A DNA stretch of 64,000 nucleotides from Podarcis bocagei (lineage: Eukaryota), in the NCBI GenBank assembly GCA_964188305.1, contig OZ076887.1. One strand, 5' to 3'. The translations under genes and the position numbers were made by a program. Under the pieces are notes generated by a model. The model made no database searches, was not told the origin of the DNA, and saw only the letters and a program-made list of their open reading frames with translations. Positions 62,501 to 64,000 of the stretch are shown one piece after another. Within the stretch, counting starts at the first letter, position 1; each line of letters opens with the position of its first letter.

Positions 62501-63449
62501 CTGCTGTATCACTCGCCACATAATATCCCATGGGATTCCTATGCTATGGCATAACAGCTAAGCTCATCAGTACTTACCAGAAGCACCGCAGCTATAATGC
62601 ACAGCTGAGTCGTGCCTGTTTCTGGTAATGAAAACCAAAGTCCTCCTTTAAAAAAGGTTTGGTGGAAAGTTAATTGACTCTCATTTCACTGAGAATGCAA
62701 TCAGAACTTTATACAGGCTCATTTGCCGTATTCATTACAAGCTTCCTACTGGAACTGAATCTGTTCTCATAATCTCATATATGAATCCTGGAAACAGCTA
62801 TTTACGGTTCTCATAAAAAAGTGGGGAGCAGTCTTCTTTTTTGGCGTTTTAAAAAAATCAGAGTGGAAAAGTAGTTATATATGCACCTTCCAGCACCAAA
62901 CCTGACTTACTTTTTAAAAAAATGTATCCGTTAACATGGAATGCAAAATAACTTCCACGCATAAATGTTTGATAAATGGCTTAGATTATCATCGCACTCT
63001 GTGTCTGAAAGTGAGGAAATACCCCTAGCAAAGAAAGCAGGAGGCAAGATTCTCAGGAGACATTGTTGAACAAGTAAACTTACTCTTGGGAAGTATTAAA
63101 ACAACAAGGAATATATTAGGTGTGAGTAATAGATAACTCCTGTTCTCAAAGTTGGTCAATTTGGCTTTGATATGAATGTCAGATTTTTGTAGATCCAAGC
63201 TGAATGCAAGACAGGAGAACAAACCCTCTCTCCAATGTTTTGTAAAGTTATGGACTAGGGCAAGATGTACACATATCGACGAGTTGTGCAGGTCTAGAAG
63301 TTGAGGTGTTGCTTCCCTATTTTTTAGATGCAGAGTTTTCATCAGCATTCAACCAAAGCCAACTGAAGAAGCACCTTGGCCAAGTCCGTCAACAAATTGC
63401 AGAAACACAGGAGCTTCTCAGTATTGCTGTCAGACATATGGACACCTGA
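50016..63449 (+). CDS. Vac8-like armadillo-repeat protein, whole spliced CDS, about 576 aa
   Basis: Fourteen phase-consistent GT-AG exons: 50016-50241, 51118-51240, 51720-51839, 52213-52332, 52972-53094, 53371-53453, 54558-54683, 55656-55701, 57034-57167, 58667-58795, 60368-60485, 61165-61299, 62368-62493, 63328-63449 (1731 nt, no internal stop). Strong Kozak context (ATC ATG G). ARM-type repeats collinear with fungal Vac8. Confidence 0.88.
51118..51240 (+). CDS. Vac8-like exon 2 ([22 protein letters not shown])
   Basis: Acceptor tcttaag, donor GTAAGA. Confidence 0.88.
51720..51839 (+). CDS. Vac8-like exon 3 ([30 protein letters not shown])
   Basis: Acceptor ttcttgcag, donor GTGAGT. Confidence 0.88.
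52213..52332 (+). CDS. Vac8-like exon 4 ([34 protein letters not shown])
   Basis: Acceptor aaacag, donor GTGAGG. Confidence 0.88.
52972..53094 (+). CDS. Vac8-like exon 5 ([35 protein letters not shown])
   Basis: Within ORF 52965..53192; canonical ARM repeat. Confidence 0.9.
53371..53453 (+). CDS. Vac8-like exon 6 ([19 protein letters not shown])
   Basis: Acceptor cccttgcag, donor GTAAAC. Confidence 0.88.
54558..54683 (+). CDS. Vac8-like exon 7 ([11 protein letters not shown]...SSVDK)
   Basis: Within ORF 54507..54779. Confidence 0.88.
55144..55328. mobile_element. Palindromic MITE, PIF/Harbinger-like
   Basis: TIRs GGCTGCATACACACCAT / ATGGTGTGTATGCACC flanked by TAA/TTA. Confidence 0.6.
55656..55701 (+). 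CDS. Vac8-like exon 8 ([15 protein letters not shown])
   Basis: 46-nt exon, donor GTAAGT. Confidence 0.85.
56360..56555. repeat. Short interspersed element flanked by (CA)n and (GA)n microsatellites; related copy at about 47847-47970
   Basis: Both sites share ttttctggggg..cgcagggg..cccctaaacattt. Confidence 0.55.
57034..57167 (+). CDS. Vac8-like exon 9 ([17 protein letters not shown]...[12 protein letters not shown])
   Basis: Within ORF 57000..57212. Confidence 0.85.
58667..58795 (+). CDS. Vac8-like exon 10 ([16 protein letters not shown]...[10 protein letters not shown])
   Basis: Acceptor tttgcag, donor GTGAGT. Confidence 0.85.
59180..59560 (-). mobile_element. L2-like LINE 3' fragment with (CCT)n microsatellite at its tail
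   Basis: ORF 59217..59483 APCLWNALPREACLVPSLYILRCQAK matches the L2 ORF2 C-terminus; (CCT)n at 59180-59213. Confidence 0.75.
59853..59972. promoter_or_regulatory. Candidate enhancer/insulator motif cluster
   Basis: CArG CCATATAAGG twice (59853, 59892), NKX site CACTTAA (59907), DR3 AGGTCAccgAGGTCA (59937-59951), CTCF-like GCACCAGGTGGCGC (59957-59970). Confidence 0.55.
60368..60485 (+). CDS. Vac8-like exon 11 ([15 protein letters not shown]...LMKH)
   Basis: Within ORF 60293..60520; donor GTAAGG. Confidence 0.82.
61165..61299 (+). CDS. Vac8-like exon 12 (...[16 protein letters not shown])
   Basis: Overlaps ORF 61176..61397; donor GTACGT. Confidence 0.82.
62368..62493 (+). CDS. Vac8-like exon 13 ([27 protein letters not shown])
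   Basis: Overlaps ORF 62373..62561; donor GTATGG. Confidence 0.85.
63328..63449 (+). CDS. Vac8-like last coding exon (DAEFSSAF...RHMDT*)
   Basis: Acceptor tttttag; TGA at 63447-63449. Confidence 0.8.
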
Positions 63450-64000
63450 AGCCTTGTTCCACCCTATGCGTTTTGCTCTAGGTGATGTCGCTGACTCATA
63501 ATGTGGGTGTCTCAGCTTCACGCCATGGCTGTGGGCAAATCCATAGCAAGCACATGCGCAATAGGACTTTTAACTTTCATATGGGTGGAAATTAGGGACT
63601 AGTTTACACAGTAATGTATTACTGCTCCATTATTCAATGCTTGATGACTCACAGTAGGATGTGTGGGCAGATTCTGCAGATTCTACTAAAAAGCACTGTG
63701 CTTGAAGTTTTATAAAAGGTCTGTTAGTGCTATTTGATCCATGATGGGTGATTCATACAATGCAGCTCATTATTTGATACATGGATGGGCCAGGCCTGAG
63801 GATACTTTCACTATCCTTAGATGTACAGACTGTAGCATTGCATTGTCCTTGTTGAGGCATTCATGAACTATGAGAGCCTATACTGGTAGACTAATCAATC
63901 TTGCTCTAGGTTCAGCTCTGGCAGCATGCAATCCGTTTCATGAGACAAATATCTTCATGCTGCCTAGGTGTTTCTGATGGCCTTAAACTCATCTGCAAGT

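Noticed and set aside
50016-63449. Calling the ARM gene ARMC1, ARMC3, importin-alpha or a catenin
   Set aside because: Length, acylation-type N-terminus and repeat-specific motifs fit Vac8 instead. I saw no HMA-like, IBB or catenin-specific segments. No gene symbol assigned.

Overview
Eukaryotic genomic DNA from a squamate reptile, most likely a lacertid lizard (Sauria SINE, BovB/CR1/L2 fragments, Tc1-mariner and hAT MITEs). I reconstructed three intron-containing genes by hand; all have canonical GT-AG junctions and consistent phase. (1) MTFR2, minus strand, 7 coding exons at 4895-15633, about 345 aa. (2) BCLAF1, minus strand, 11 coding exons at 21728-40326, about 918 aa, with a CpG-island promoter near 46.4 kb. 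(3) Head-to-head with BCLAF1, an intact plus-strand gene of 14 coding exons at 50016-63449, encoding an armadillo-repeat protein of about 576 aa. The third gene is the most notable feature. It is collinear over nearly its whole length with fungal Vac8, has an MGxxxT+Cys acylation motif, and appears to keep the Vac8 cationic triad. I know of no such gene at the corresponding human locus (MTFR2-BCLAF1-MAP7), so it looks like a vertebrate Vac8 orthologue, possibly lost in mammals. Other signals: candidate BCLAF1 poison exons, a conserved exon-5a acceptor, a motif-dense intronic enhancer, a young CpG-rich hAT MITE and a 274-N assembly gap. All homologue comparisons are from memory; no database searches were run.
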